A stretch of DNA of 64,000 bases from a virus. The stretch spans positions 1-64,000 of IMG/VR virus record IMGVR_UViG_3300030333_008604. One strand, given 5' to 3'. Below, piece by piece: positions 9,250-19,387 of the stretch. Numbering within the stretch: the stretch's first letter is position 1; each line of letters begins with the position of its first letter. The notes beneath the pieces are model-generated. The model was not told where the DNA came from, made no database searches, and saw only the letters and a program-made list of their open reading frames with translations. Position numbers and translations under genes: made by a program.

Positions 9250-9250
9250 A

Positions 9251-10177
9251 ATGGCAACAAAAGAAGAAATCTTACAAGAAATGAAATTAAGAAGGCTAGT
9301 CCGCAAAGCTATCAAGCTTAGAGAATCCAAGCGGAGAAGCGAAAGCGTGCGCGCGCTACAAGAAGAAGAAAAGCTTCGAACTGTAATTCGTGCGCTCTTA
9401 AAAGAAGCAAAGGAAGATACTGAGCCGGCTCCTCACAGCTCTACCGCGGTTAACTTTTTGGATGATATTCTAGACGTATTAAAAGATGTCATGGAAAGGA
9501 ATTTAAGAAAGCTAACAAGCAAAGGCGAACAGCGTGAATCTTTTAGAGATAATATGCTCCGCGGCCTTCAGTCTATTTTCTCGGGCGTGCGTGCAGGCGG
9601 AATTGACATTGGTGACATAAGGCAGAAAGAAGCTGACGCATTGGCTGAAGCTGTTGATATTGATATCGTTGATGCGGCGATAGAAGATCCGGATGTTGTT
9701 GGTACAGACGAGCTTGGTGGAGATGAGGAAGAAACAGCCGAAGAGCCCAAGAAGACCAAGGCCGAAGAGGCCGAGGAAGAAGAGGAAGCTGCTTTCCAGG
9801 CTTTTAAAGTTGAAGGATCAAACCCTGTCGGAGCGCGCCATGCTTATAAATCTTTAGAAAATTCTGCAGTCGAAAGCGCCATTAAAGAAAAAATTAAAAT
9901 GTTTGGTGAAGATGACCCTGACAACGAGATTAATGATCTTGAAGAATACTTGCTCTACAATGCGAATGTTTGGTTTAATATATATGAAAAAGAACTCGCA
10001 GCTCAGATGGGGCAAGAGCCGGCTTGGGATGTCTCAAAAACCGTAATTCCAAGACCTGAGGGTGCCAAAGTTGCACCAGAGGCTGAAGAGGCCGCTGGCG
10101 GAACTGAAGGTGAGGATGAACCAGCCGCGGGTGGTGATGTCGACGCAGCACTAGCTGACGCGCTGGGCGGTGCATAA
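9251..10177 (+). CDS. Acidic helical protein, possible prohead core/scaffold-like
   Basis: Duplicated KLRxxxRxxxKxxE N-terminal motif; Glu/Ala-rich tracts. Confidence 0.55.
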   Translation: MATKEEILQEMKLRRLVRKAIKLRESKRRSESVRALQEEEKLRTVIRALLKEAKEDTEPAPHSSTAVNFLDDILDVLKDVMERNLRKLTSKGEQRESFRDNMLRGLQSIFSGVRAGGIDIGDIRQKEADALAEAVDIDIVDAAIEDPDVVGTDELGGDEEETAEEPKKTKAEEAEEEEEAAFQAFKVEGSNPVGARHAYKSLENSAVESAIKEKIKMFGEDDPDNEINDLEEYLLYNANVWFNIYEKELAAQMGQEPAWDVSKTVIPRPEGAKVAPEAEEAAGGTEGEDEPAAGGDVDAALADALGGA

Positions 10178-10536
10178 TGTGGGAGAAAAAGCGTAGTCGT
10201 TTTAAAAGACCAGAACAAGACTATTATAGCATCTCCAATAAACTAAAATCTGAAGGGTTGATCGATGAAAGGTTTGAAATTATGCTCTCAACTTTAACTT
10301 TAGAAGAAATTATTGGTCTGCGCTTGGAATTGGCTGCAAAGTCTGTTAACTATAAATTATATGGCTTGGATTTGTGGCACTCAATGCAAGATATAGTGCG
10401 TGATGGTGTGCTAAAATATGTTTACTCAAGTGCGCGTACGCAAGGCGAGATGGCTAGTTTTTTAGGTATAAACAAGTCTATGCTTAAAAGATTGCTAAAG
10501 AAATACAATATTACTAATTATTTTAGTAAACCCTAG
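10177..10536 (+). CDS. Fis-like helix-turn-helix DNA-binding protein
   Basis: C-terminal TQGEMASFLGINKSMLKRLLKKY. Confidence 0.65.
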   Translation: MWEKKRSRFKRPEQDYYSISNKLKSEGLIDERFEIMLSTLTLEEIIGLRLELAAKSVNYKLYGLDLWHSMQDIVRDGVLKYVYSSARTQGEMASFLGINKSMLKRLLKKYNITNYFSKP

Positions 10537-10548
10537 GAACGTTTTCAC

Positions 10549-13500
10549 ATGTCTAACGATAAGAAAATTACAATCAAAATTGCTGAATCAAAGAACGTTT
10601 TACTAAACGAAGCAGATACAGCGCTTAATAACAGAATAAAGCTGATTGTTGAACATCAGCGCGCGTTTAGAGAGGCATGGGCTCAGCTTGAAGAATTAAA
10701 AAATAAGGGCGTGCCTATTATCAACGAAATAGTCGAATTAAGACGCAACGAGCTAGGTAATCTGGGCGATAACGTGCACGACTCGCTGGTAAGAAAACTT
10801 GAGGGGGCAAACAATGCCATAGTAGAAGTCGATACCTCGATGCGCAAGCAGTTCAGGCCCGGGCAATCTGGTGTTTCCGGTCCGGATGCCTGGCCAGGGA
10901 TTGATCAGCCTGGAACTAATTGGATTAAAGATGATGGCCTGAGAGGCTGGGTTAAGGGCCTGAGCGACGCCGAGTTCGAAGAATACCTAAGAAATGTGCG
11001 GGCAAGCACTCAAGGGCTTGGGGATGTGACGAACATGTCCGGTTCTTTGAGCAACGAAATGCAAGCTTTGCGAGATGATATGAGACATCTATTGTCAGGA
11101 CCAGATACGCCCGACAGCCCTAATCCCTATAAAAAAGCCGCGGCTAAACTGGAAAAAATTGCCGGCACGTACGTCGAAAAAATGGACAGGGTATTAAAAA
11201 GGCTTCAACTGTTAGCAGATACAACAAAAAGCATTGCGAAGCGTGCTGCAAGGACAGCTGGTCAAATTGGCGGCGATGTGGCGCGAAAGTTCACCGGATG
11301 GTGCGGCGAGAATCTCAAAGCCTTGGCGAAAATGTCCGCGATAGGCGGGGGCATCGCGTGGGCCGGCTACGAGGTAAGTGTGGTCATGAGCGGACAAGGA
11401 ACGTTCGGCCAGGCCACCAAAAACTTGTGGGACGGATTGACCGGCTGGATGTCTGAAGATCCAAATGATCCAGAATCAATCAACTGGGTACTTGACGATA
11501 AAAAATGGAATGAAGATGGAACCTGGAATGAAGAGTATGATTTTCCAAACTATGACAAAGTCTTAAAAGCTTCGACAGTAATAGCGGCTATGGGTGGGGG
11601 CTGTGATGCAAAACCTACGGAAGAAGCAATCATTAAAAGAATGAAAAAGGTGATGGAAGATGAAGGCGTTGATCTAGACAAGATTAGTCAAAAGGGCAAA
11701 AGCCTAAACACTTCACTTGTAAACATGTTCAAAACAGCATGTACGATCAAAGGCTTGCTCGAAGGAAAATTTGCCGGCGACGATAATGAAAAAATTCGAA
11801 CAGCAGAGCGTGACAGAAGAGCTTTTAAGGCAGGCGGATGTCTCGGAAAAGCCGGCTCGAAGTTTGAAGGCTCAGATTTTGTAATTAGAAAAACGCTAGC
11901 TGGAATGTTCAAAAAACTTCCGAAAAACAAAAGATTGTGGTTTTTGAAAAATATGAGCGTTAAAGATCTCGTTGGCGATGCAGGTGGTATTTTTAAGCGC
12001 GAAAATTATGGCTCTCCCAAAGACTGGCCGATAGCTGACCCCGACGATATGGAAAGCAATCAGGCCTTTTATGCTGCAAAATTTGATTTAAACGATGCGC
12101 TTGAAGGAAAACAACAAGTCTATTGGCCTTTTAAAACTCCAGAAGGAAATCCGGGTGACGCGTTTGATGAACGAGAAGATGCAGTTCGCGCGGCTCAATA
12201 CTGGATGCATCCGGTCGGTGGTGATCGAAACAACCAAGAAACTTGGAAAAAAGTGCCCCATGGCAGTGGTTTTAAATACAAAGGCGGGGCGAACGCGAAA
12301 GTGTTTAATGCTGAATGGCTTGAAAGAGAAATAGATGGATACATTAAGTTTGGCAAGGGTTCCGCGGATGCCGAAGAAAATTCAATTGCTGCAAAGCTAA
12401 TCGACCCTAAAGGGAAAAAATGTTATAGCAAAGAACCGGTGAAAGTCACGCCGAGGTCTCCCTATCCCATGAGAGAGGAAAAAGATGTCTTAGAGTACCC
12501 TCAATTTCTTTTGCTTGAAAAAGCAGGAAAAGGCTGTCGTCTTCCCTTCCCCAAAGAAGAATTAAAGCGCTACCGAGATCTACATAACAATAATATTAAA
12601 AAGGCCAAAGCCGCCCGGGTTAAGCCTACAGGGCAACCGGACGCTCCGACGCGCAAGCCCACTCCGGGTGGGGTAGATGCAGGGGATGCAGATGATGTAA
12701 GTAGAATCAAAAAAGGTGGTCAGAACCATCCGGGTGGCATGAAAGATGCGCCTGATAGGCCCAAATCACCCACGAGGCTAGCTAAAAGTTGGGACTACAC
12801 TACACCCGGCGGCGCAAAGATGAGAGTGCCGATCGAGATTTGGAGTGATTCTAGAGGCTTCGAGTCTTTTAAAAATAGATGCGATAAATTAAGCGCTGGT
12901 ATAAGAACTAGATTTAGTTTCGATGAGTTGTATAGATTGCCGCTCATGAAAGATACTCGTCTTAAGATGAGATTCCTTAACGCGTTAGTTCAAGGATATG
13001 GCAAAAAAATTGCTAACCTTTGGTTAACTAAGTTTGTGCGAGGAGTTGTCGGTACCGCTGTAAAAGGACTTCTTCGAACCACTGCTTGGGCCGGTGCCAG
13101 AATGGCAAGAGTTGCAACTTTAGCAGGAACAGGCCCCATTGGGTGGTTCGCTGCAATCACAGAAATTGCTGCAGCAATTATAGAGGTTAAAGCTGGTCCA
13201 AACTGTCATAGCGCGTTTTGGATTATGCACAACGTTGAAATTTTTGGGACAAAGCTAGGCCTGACAGAAGAAGAAGAGTGTGCGTTGCAAGACAACGAGG
13301 CAATGAATAGAATCAACGTTGCCAAGTTGAAAGATTTCAACGGTAAATTAGAAGGATATTTAAACTTATTTTGGGCAGGAGACGTTAAGAGTCCTGGTAC
13401 TTTACGGCCATGGAAGCCCGGTGATGCATTCTTCCCTCCGCAAGGGGCGGCCAAAAACCTGGATAAAACAACTGGCATATCGATTGAAAGGGCAAAAATG

Positions 13501-16053
13501 GCATTGAGCACACTTCCAGGTTTGGTTTGGAATCCGGAAAAGCCTGGGAGGTTGAAAAAGGAGTATCGGGGTCGCGACCAGGGCGTGGTGGCTGTCTGGA
13601 CATGGGAATGGATGAGAGAGCCCAAGCCTGGAGAGTTGGCGGAGTGGCTAAGTACTGCTAAATGGTGGCTGATGAAAAAGTCGGGACAAGAAAAAGTCCC
13701 CATGTTTGGCGATGGGCGAAAATACCAAGCTTGGGTCCAGGTACCCGGCTTTCGCGAATGGGCGGCCAAGCCTCTTTATGCAAAATATGTTGAAATATAC
13801 GAATCTGAATTTCCATGGGCTGATAAATTTGCTAGACACATTTTGTCTGGTGAGCGAGCAAAATGGTATTATGAAGCTATAGAAAAAATAGGACCAGTGC
13901 AAGGGGATACCGACATAGCGCGGAGAAAACACGCAGCTGAATTTCAAAAATACTTTCAAACGCACAAAGAAAGTGCTGCAGAAATGAAGAGACTTAAGTC
14001 TGTCGCGCGTGGTACCGGAAGCGGAGCTGCTCGGTATTTGGTTCCGCCTTTTTGGATGTATATGATGTCAAAATACGTTCATGTTTCGGATAATCTGAAT
14101 ACAGAGATGATTCGTCGCGTGAACCCTGCTATAGTTAGAGAAAAAGAAAGGCAAAGGAGTAAAGCACAAGTAGGTACACCACTTCGGCCTTATGGAAAAG
14201 ATGAACAGGCTCGCGTCGATGCCTGGGGTAGGCTTATTGAAAAAAATGGCAAATATCAACCACCGAGAAGTACTAGTCGGAGACCCGGGTCGTACAACCC
14301 TCAAACAAAGACAAAGTATAGGAAACCAGAAGGATATCACTTTGTCTTGAATCCGCAATTAGATAGAGACGCTTGGATCAAAACAGGCGTCTTTAAGGAC
14401 AACCGAACAGGTAAAAAGTTTGATTCACGCGTGCTCCCGTGGACAGATTGGAGAGAACAGATAAGAATCTTGGATAGTGAACAGTGGAGATTGTCGCCCT
14501 TGTTTTTAAAAATTGCGGAAAGCCAATTTGATCAGCCATTGTGGAACAGGGCTGGAGAGGCGCTCAACAAGCCTGGTGTTAAAAGAACCCCTGAATCTCT
14601 CAAAGCGGCTGTTGCCCAGGCTAAAAGATATTGGCGTGGATTAACTCCTAAAGAACATGTTGAACAGCGAAAATATCAACACATGCGGGATCCTAATGTT
14701 GGAATGTCTGCTGCAGATCTGCAAAAAATGTTCGCAGTCGACGACCTAGGAAATTTAGTAAACCCCAATGCGTTTTCAGACTATATGACTAAAAAAGGAC
14801 CTTACAACGAAAGCCAAAAGCCAACTGTTAATTGGCAAGTTCTAATGGAAGAAGTCGGCCCTGCTCCCAAAGGTAAAAGTGGCAGATTTTTTGCTCAAGC
14901 CAAGAAAAACAGAATAAACTGGAGCCGCATAGTTCCGATTGAAGCTAGAGTCCGCCCTAATGCCGAAGGTGAGTGGGATCCTAACTCAGAAATGTTTGGT
15001 CTTACCGCACAGGAAGTCGAGCTAGCAAAAGCAGGTAAGCTAAAATATAAAGGAAAAGACGCTACACCTGCGGTTGGGGGCGCTGCAGCAAAGGCTGAAA
15101 AAGAAGCTGAATTAGCTAAAAAGAAAGCTGCTGAGACTGGCAAACCAGAGGATAAAAAGAAAGCAGCAGAAGCAGAGAAAAAGGCCGCGGAGAAAAAAGC
15201 AGAGGCAGGCGGCGATGACATATTAAAAAAGATGCAAGCCGCGGGTATACTTTCTGCAAAGAGCGCTAAGCAGTATAGCAGAAAGCCTAATCCAAAGATT
15301 AGTGAGCCCCTCGTAAGCCCGAATTACATAAAAAAGCTCGTTCAGCAAGGGAAGATTACGGCCCAAGATGCTGCTGCGTTCGTTGCTGCTTTAGTCAAAA
15401 ACGATTGGTATACCAAAGACACTATTAGATTTAATGAAAAATACTTTTCAAAATTTGGACCCGGCTCGGGCTCAGATCGACGACTCAAGTATGTCAGAAA
15501 GATGTTAGACAAAAAAGATCTTTCTCCGGAAAAAAGAAAGGAACTCGAACAAGAACTTAGAGATGAAGGTGAGGGTGAGGAGCTTGATCGAGCGGCTGCG
15601 TCGAAGACTTACAAGCCAAAAGACGAAGAAGTGCTTAAACTGGCTAAAAAAACAGCCGGAAAGAAAATGGCCTGGATTTTTGACGATGGCGCTGACGCGC
15701 GGCTAGCCAAACTAGCGCGATCTGGCGGGGGCTCAAGTTTAGGAAAACAAGTCACAGATAAGGCTCGCGAGCTGGCTATTGATGAATTTGGCCGCGGCAC
15801 TAAATTAACCAAGAATATGATTGACCGGTTTATAGAACCAGCAGCCAAAGCAGTTGTAGAAGAAATGCGCACTGCTCGAAAAAACATGGCAACTAAGGCG
15901 CTGAAAGGTAGAAAGAAGCGAACAATTGATTATAAAGCTGTTGCAAAAAGCGCAGAAGGTGCGTTTAAATTATACGCCACTCCAGGAAGTGAGAAATATG
16001 ATCCTGTGCGCGCGCAGAAAATGTGGAGAAAAGCTGTAGGAGCTAGAAGATGA
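10549..16053 (+). CDS. Giant (1834 aa) hypothetical protein, candidate internal virion/ejection protein
   Basis: Long ORF; leader ...NVLLNE; internal FLLLE and WQVLMEE; Gly/Ala hydrophobic segments AIGGGIAWAG and LAGTGPIGWFAAITEIAAAII; CTAATTA at 10514-10520. Confidence 0.75.
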   Translation: MSNDKKITIKIAESKNVLLNEADTALNNRIKLIVEHQRAFREAWAQLEELKNKGVPIINEIVELRRNELGNLGDNVHDSLVRKLEGANNAIVEVDTSMRKQFRPGQSGVSGPDAWPGIDQPGTNWIKDDGLRGWVKGLSDAEFEEYLRNVRASTQGLGDVTNMSGSLSNEMQALRDDMRHLLSGPDTPDSPNPYKKAAAKLEKIAGTYVEKMDRVLKRLQLLADTTKSIAKRAARTAGQIGGDVARKFTGWCGENLKALAKMSAIGGGIAWAGYEVSVVMSGQGTFGQATKNLWDGLTGWMSEDPNDPESINWVLDDKKWNEDGTWNEEYDFPNYDKVLKASTVIAAMGGGCDAKPTEEAIIKRMKKVMEDEGVDLDKISQKGKSLNTSLVNMFKTACTIKGLLEGKFAGDDNEKIRTAERDRRAFKAGGCLGKAGSKFEGSDFVIRKTLAGMFKKLPKNKRLWFLKNMSVKDLVGDAGGIFKRENYGSPKDWPIADPDDMESNQAFYAAKFDLNDALEGKQQVYWPFKTPEGNPGDAFDEREDAVRAAQYWMHPVGGDRNNQETWKKVPHGSGFKYKGGANAKVFNAEWLEREIDGYIKFGKGSADAEENSIAAKLIDPKGKKCYSKEPVKVTPRSPYPMREEKDVLEYPQFLLLEKAGKGCRLPFPKEELKRYRDLHNNNIKKAKAARVKPTGQPDAPTRKPTPGGVDAGDADDVSRIKKGGQNHPGGMKDAPDRPKSPTRLAKSWDYTTPGGAKMRVPIEIWSDSRGFESFKNRCDKLSAGIRTRFSFDELYRLPLMKDTRLKMRFLNALVQGYGKKIANLWLTKFVRGVVGTAVKGLLRTTAWAGARMARVATLAGTGPIGWFAAITEIAAAIIEVKAGPNCHSAFWIMHNVEIFGTKLGLTEEEECALQDNEAMNRINVAKLKDFNGKLEGYLNLFWAGDVKSPGTLRPWKPGDAFFPPQGAAKNLDKTTGISIERAKMALSTLPGLVWNPEKPGRLKKEYRGRDQGVVAVWTWEWMREPKPGELAEWLSTAKWWLMKKSGQEKVPMFGDGRKYQAWVQVPGFREWAAKPLYAKYVEIYESEFPWADKFARHILSGERAKWYYEAIEKIGPVQGDTDIARRKHAAEFQKYFQTHKESAAEMKRLKSVARGTGSGAARYLVPPFWMYMMSKYVHVSDNLNTEMIRRVNPAIVREKERQRSKAQVGTPLRPYGKDEQARVDAWGRLIEKNGKYQPPRSTSRRPGSYNPQTKTKYRKPEGYHFVLNPQLDRDAWIKTGVFKDNRTGKKFDSRVLPWTDWREQIRILDSEQWRLSPLFLKIAESQFDQPLWNRAGEALNKPGVKRTPESLKAAVAQAKRYWRGLTPKEHVEQRKYQHMRDPNVGMSAADLQKMFAVDDLGNLVNPNAFSDYMTKKGPYNESQKPTVNWQVLMEEVGPAPKGKSGRFFAQAKKNRINWSRIVPIEARVRPNAEGEWDPNSEMFGLTAQEVELAKAGKLKYKGKDATPAVGGAAAKAEKEAELAKKKAAETGKPEDKKKAAEAEKKAAEKKAEAGGDDILKKMQAAGILSAKSAKQYSRKPNPKISEPLVSPNYIKKLVQQGKITAQDAAAFVAALVKNDWYTKDTIRFNEKYFSKFGPGSGSDRRLKYVRKMLDKKDLSPEKRKELEQELRDEGEGEELDRAAASKTYKPKDEEVLKLAKKTAGKKMAWIFDDGADARLAKLARSGGGSSLGKQVTDKARELAIDEFGRGTKLTKNMIDRFIEPAAKAVVEEMRTARKNMATKALKGRKKRTIDYKAVAKSAEGAFKLYATPGSEKYDPVRAQKMWRKAVGARR

Positions 16054-17663
16054 AAATCAAAATACGTGAAATAAAAGATCTAGCCGAAGCGCCAAAGGAC
16101 GATATCGAAAAAGATGTCAAAGCGGCAACATATTCTGATGCAGAACTAAAAAAACAAGCAGCTGCTAAAAAACTAGCCGCTAGAAAAGCAGCCGCAGAGA
16201 AGAAGTCCATAAAAGCAAAAACAGACCTTCTAGCAAGAAATAAAGTTAAAGCTGACAGGAAAGCCGCTGCAGATACTAAAGCTGCCAGGTTGCCAGCTTT
16301 TTTTACAATCTTTGACGAGGGCAATCAATTAAATGTTGAAGTTTCAGTACTTCATCCAGTAAAATCAGTACCTGTAAAAATACCAAAACTACAACAGAAG
16401 ATTACTAAAGTAGGTGATAAAAAGTCTCTTGGCAAATCTCTTAGTGGTTCGACACTCAAAGCGTTAGCAAATGATTTACAAGCGCTCGCAAAAATTATCA
16501 ACAAACCTGGAGAAGTTTTTAAATATGCTCCATTAAAAAATGATCAACAAATAATAAAGTGGGCCGCAAAAGCCGGCCAAAAGAATGCAAAAAAAGGTCT
16601 GAAAGAAATTCTTGGCGGCGATGTTGTAGCGGATGAGAGGGCTGCAGCCGAGGCCGCGGCTACATTGCTGGCGCTGCAACAAAAGAACCGTGAGGCTGAT
16701 GATAAGCGGTTTGATGCGATGGTAAACAAAGTACGAAAACGTATTCAGAATGTTGTGCCGAAAAAAGCAAAATTAAAACCTGACTTAAAAGCGCATATGA
16801 AATCTATGCATAAAAAGCTCAAAGCTATGAGTCTGCAGCAGCTATTAAAACAGGCTGACCAGCAAGCAGCAAGGCTGGAGCGCGCTGCCGCGGCTGTTGA
16901 TAAAACAGAAGTTGGTAATCTTGTTAAAAACGCCAACGCAGATGTTATTTTTCTTCGCTACGTTAATAAAAAAATGAACGTGGATATTAGAGAACGTCTA
17001 AAAGAAAAAGGAGTAGAGGTTCAGACAATGCAACAAGCATTGATTAAGATTTCTAATAAAGCAGACAAAGAAAGCGGGGCTGGTACGGGTGCCGATGAAG
17101 CCGGCGGTTTTGCTGGAAGTTCTCCTGATAAAATAAAATCTTTACTAAGAATGCCACAAATTAATTCTGGCAAGGCTGGAAGTGGAAGGTTTAAAGATCT
17201 TGATCCTAAAGATAAAATAAGATTTTCTAAATTTCTAGACTCTGTTTTTGACCCATGTGGAGAGCCAAGAAGTTTCTTTGATAGTCTCAAAGATGGAGGT
17301 TGCAAATTTGCTCATGCTATGGCAAGAGAGCTTATCAATGATCTCGATAAAGGGATTGGGTCTGGCCCAGACGGTTCTGACGCGCTTAGTCAGCTAGAAA
17401 AATCTCATTTCGCTAGGCTTGAAAAAAATCATAAAAATTACAAAAAAGAACCCGAGACTGCTCAAGCCGGCATGGATTCTGGCATGGTGGCAGAAGTTGT
17501 GCCGTCAGCCGATAAACACAGTTCGGTTACAAGAGGAAAAGAAGGCGCTGTGCGAACGTTTGACGAGACGATGCCTGCAGATCATTGGGCGGTAAGACAA
17601 GGTATCTGCGAACCAGGTGAATCAGTTAAAAGCTGCATGGCAAAAGCAGGAAAGGGGCGTTAG
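16050..17663 (+). CDS. Lys/Ala-rich helical hypothetical protein
   Basis: ATGA overlap with upstream gene; leader MKIKIREIKDLAE. Confidence 0.7.
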   Translation: MKIKIREIKDLAEAPKDDIEKDVKAATYSDAELKKQAAAKKLAARKAAAEKKSIKAKTDLLARNKVKADRKAAADTKAARLPAFFTIFDEGNQLNVEVSVLHPVKSVPVKIPKLQQKITKVGDKKSLGKSLSGSTLKALANDLQALAKIINKPGEVFKYAPLKNDQQIIKWAAKAGQKNAKKGLKEILGGDVVADERAAAEAAATLLALQQKNREADDKRFDAMVNKVRKRIQNVVPKKAKLKPDLKAHMKSMHKKLKAMSLQQLLKQADQQAARLERAAAAVDKTEVGNLVKNANADVIFLRYVNKKMNVDIRERLKEKGVEVQTMQQALIKISNKADKESGAGTGADEAGGFAGSSPDKIKSLLRMPQINSGKAGSGRFKDLDPKDKIRFSKFLDSVFDPCGEPRSFFDSLKDGGCKFAHAMARELINDLDKGIGSGPDGSDALSQLEKSHFARLEKNHKNYKKEPETAQAGMDSGMVAEVVPSADKHSSVTRGKEGAVRTFDETMPADHWAVRQGICEPGESVKSCMAKAGKGR

Positions 17664-17664
17664 C

Positions 17665-18366
17665 ATGAAAGTTACCAAATCAGAACTAGAGCAAATTATT
17701 GAAGAAGAAATGAATAACGTTCTTGATGAGCGGGTTGCGACATGGCCAAGCAAGGATGCGATAGGTGATGTTGTTCAAGCTTGGAGAAATTGGTTTCAAA
17801 TGGGAAATAGTGCAATAAGTGATTTGCAAAAAGCGATTCAAAAATTACCACAGGACGTTGATGCGAAAATTAAGTGCGATGAATGTCCTTCTGGATATAA
17901 AAATTTAAGTGCTAGTGGTATGGAGAGATCGATACCTATAAGATTTAGAAGTTTAGTAGAGAGCGTTGGAAACGATTTAAATGAACTTTTTGATCTAATT
18001 GAAAAACAAAAACCGCAAAAAAAGCCAATAGACGAGGGCGAGCTAGCTGACCGTAAATGGCAGGATAACCCGGCAAATCCTGACTCACCTTACCACGAAA
18101 AGCCTATAGCTGATCCGGATTCAAATGAAGATGATGCTGCTGAGCTTCGCTCGGGACTAGACTTAACTGGCTTTGAGCTAAGAAAAGAGCGCAACGGCTT
18201 CTATATTATTGATTCAGAAAGTGGTCAAAAAGTTCTAGGACCTTTTAAGTCTGAAGGTCAGGCAGAAGAAAGAAGAAATGATCCTGCCCTTAGAGATGAT
18301 TACGAAGCTGCAAAATCGATCTTAAGTAAGAGAATGGGAGATTTTAGCAGTGAGAAAAATATTTAA
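17665..18366 (+). CDS. Hypothetical protein with MKVTK...VLDE leader
   Basis: ATG 17665 follows upstream TAG; MKVTKSELEQIIEEEMNNVLDE. Confidence 0.75.
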   Translation: MKVTKSELEQIIEEEMNNVLDERVATWPSKDAIGDVVQAWRNWFQMGNSAISDLQKAIQKLPQDVDAKIKCDECPSGYKNLSASGMERSIPIRFRSLVESVGNDLNELFDLIEKQKPQKKPIDEGELADRKWQDNPANPDSPYHEKPIADPDSNEDDAAELRSGLDLTGFELRKERNGFYIIDSESGQKVLGPFKSEGQAEERRNDPALRDDYEAAKSILSKRMGDFSSEKNI

Positions 18367-18381
18367 CAAGGAGATAAACCA

Positions 18382-18498
18382 ATGAAACAATTACTTAATA
18401 AACTAAAAAACTTATTCAGAAAGGCATGTTGTTGTGTTGAAAACTGCTGCAAGGCTTGTTGCGCGTGCTGTAGTTGTGTGAGCTGTGAAGGCTGTTAA
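18382..18498 (+). CDS. 38-aa cysteine-rich, metallothionein-like peptide (not in ORF track)
   Basis: AAGGAG at 18368-18373; MKQLLNKLKNLFRKACCCVENCCKACCACCSCVSCEGC; fills the gap exactly, next ATG at 18499. Confidence 0.75.
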   Translation: MKQLLNKLKNLFRKACCCVENCCKACCACCSCVSCEGC

Positions 18499-18810
18499 AT
18501 GAAAGTCACAAAACTACAATTAAGACAAATCATTAAAGAAGAGTTAAAAGGTGTATTGGATGAACAAAAAAAAATTCATCCTATGCTTATTAAATTTTTG
18601 AAAATTCAACTAAATTCACACAAGATTAAAACAAGAGATGGCTCCGAAATGACTGTCGCACAAGCTATCAAGAAAGGACAGCCGCTTGAAGATTCATTTG
18701 ACGAATTTATTGCTGCCTGGCAACAAATGTATGACAAAGCACCAAACAATAAGATGAATCTGAGATTGGCTATTTCTGGCTGGCTGAAAAAAAGCAAGGC
18801 TTATAAATAA
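18499..18810 (+). CDS. Hypothetical protein with MKVTK...VLDE leader
   Basis: MKVTKLQLRQIIKEELKGVLDE. Confidence 0.75.
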   Translation: MKVTKLQLRQIIKEELKGVLDEQKKIHPMLIKFLKIQLNSHKIKTRDGSEMTVAQAIKKGQPLEDSFDEFIAAWQQMYDKAPNNKMNLRLAISGWLKKSKAYK

Positions 18811-18826
18811 TTACGGAAATGAATTA

Positions 18827-19384
18827 ATGAAAATCACAAAATCACAATTAAAGCAGATTATTCAAGAAGAGTTAGCAAGTGTTTTAAACGAATCTAATTT
18901 TTTTGATAATATGAGAGCTAAGCGTAAACGAGGCGAAAAACCTGCCAAGCCTGGAGATAAAGATTATCCAAGTGAAAAAGAATGGAAAAAGATTACAGCT
19001 GAAGACCTAGATGAAGATCTAATCCAAGAATTGTTAGATGACCCACGTACAAAAGTTTCTTGTAAAGAATTTTTGCAAAGAGGGGAAATGGATGAAGCAA
19101 AAACTCCCGCATGGCAGAGAAAGGCCGGTAAAAATAAAGAAGGTGGTTTAAATGCTGCTGGTCGTAAGTCATACGAAAAAGCAAATCCTGGATCTGATTT
19201 AAAAGCTCCTGTTTCTGCTAAACAAGCTAAGAAAAGTAAAGGCGGAAAAGCGGCCGGCCGTCGTAAATCATTTTGTGCTAGGATGTGCGGGATGAAGAAG
19301 AAAAATACCGGTGCTAAGGGTAAAAGAGATCCGGATAGCAGAATTAATAAATCCTTGAGAAAATGGGATTGCAATTGTCAATAA
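18827..19384 (+). CDS. Leader plus two small basic domains (C-terminal domain resembles DUF6321-type phage proteins)
   Basis: MKITKSQLKQIIQEELASVLNE; DNMRAKRKRGEKPAKPG; AWQRKAGKNKEGGLN...RRKSFCARM...SRINKSLRKWDC. Confidence 0.75.
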   Translation: MKITKSQLKQIIQEELASVLNESNFFDNMRAKRKRGEKPAKPGDKDYPSEKEWKKITAEDLDEDLIQELLDDPRTKVSCKEFLQRGEMDEAKTPAWQRKAGKNKEGGLNAAGRKSYEKANPGSDLKAPVSAKQAKKSKGGKAAGRRKSFCARMCGMKKKNTGAKGKRDPDSRINKSLRKWDCNCQ

Positions 19385-19387
19385 CAT

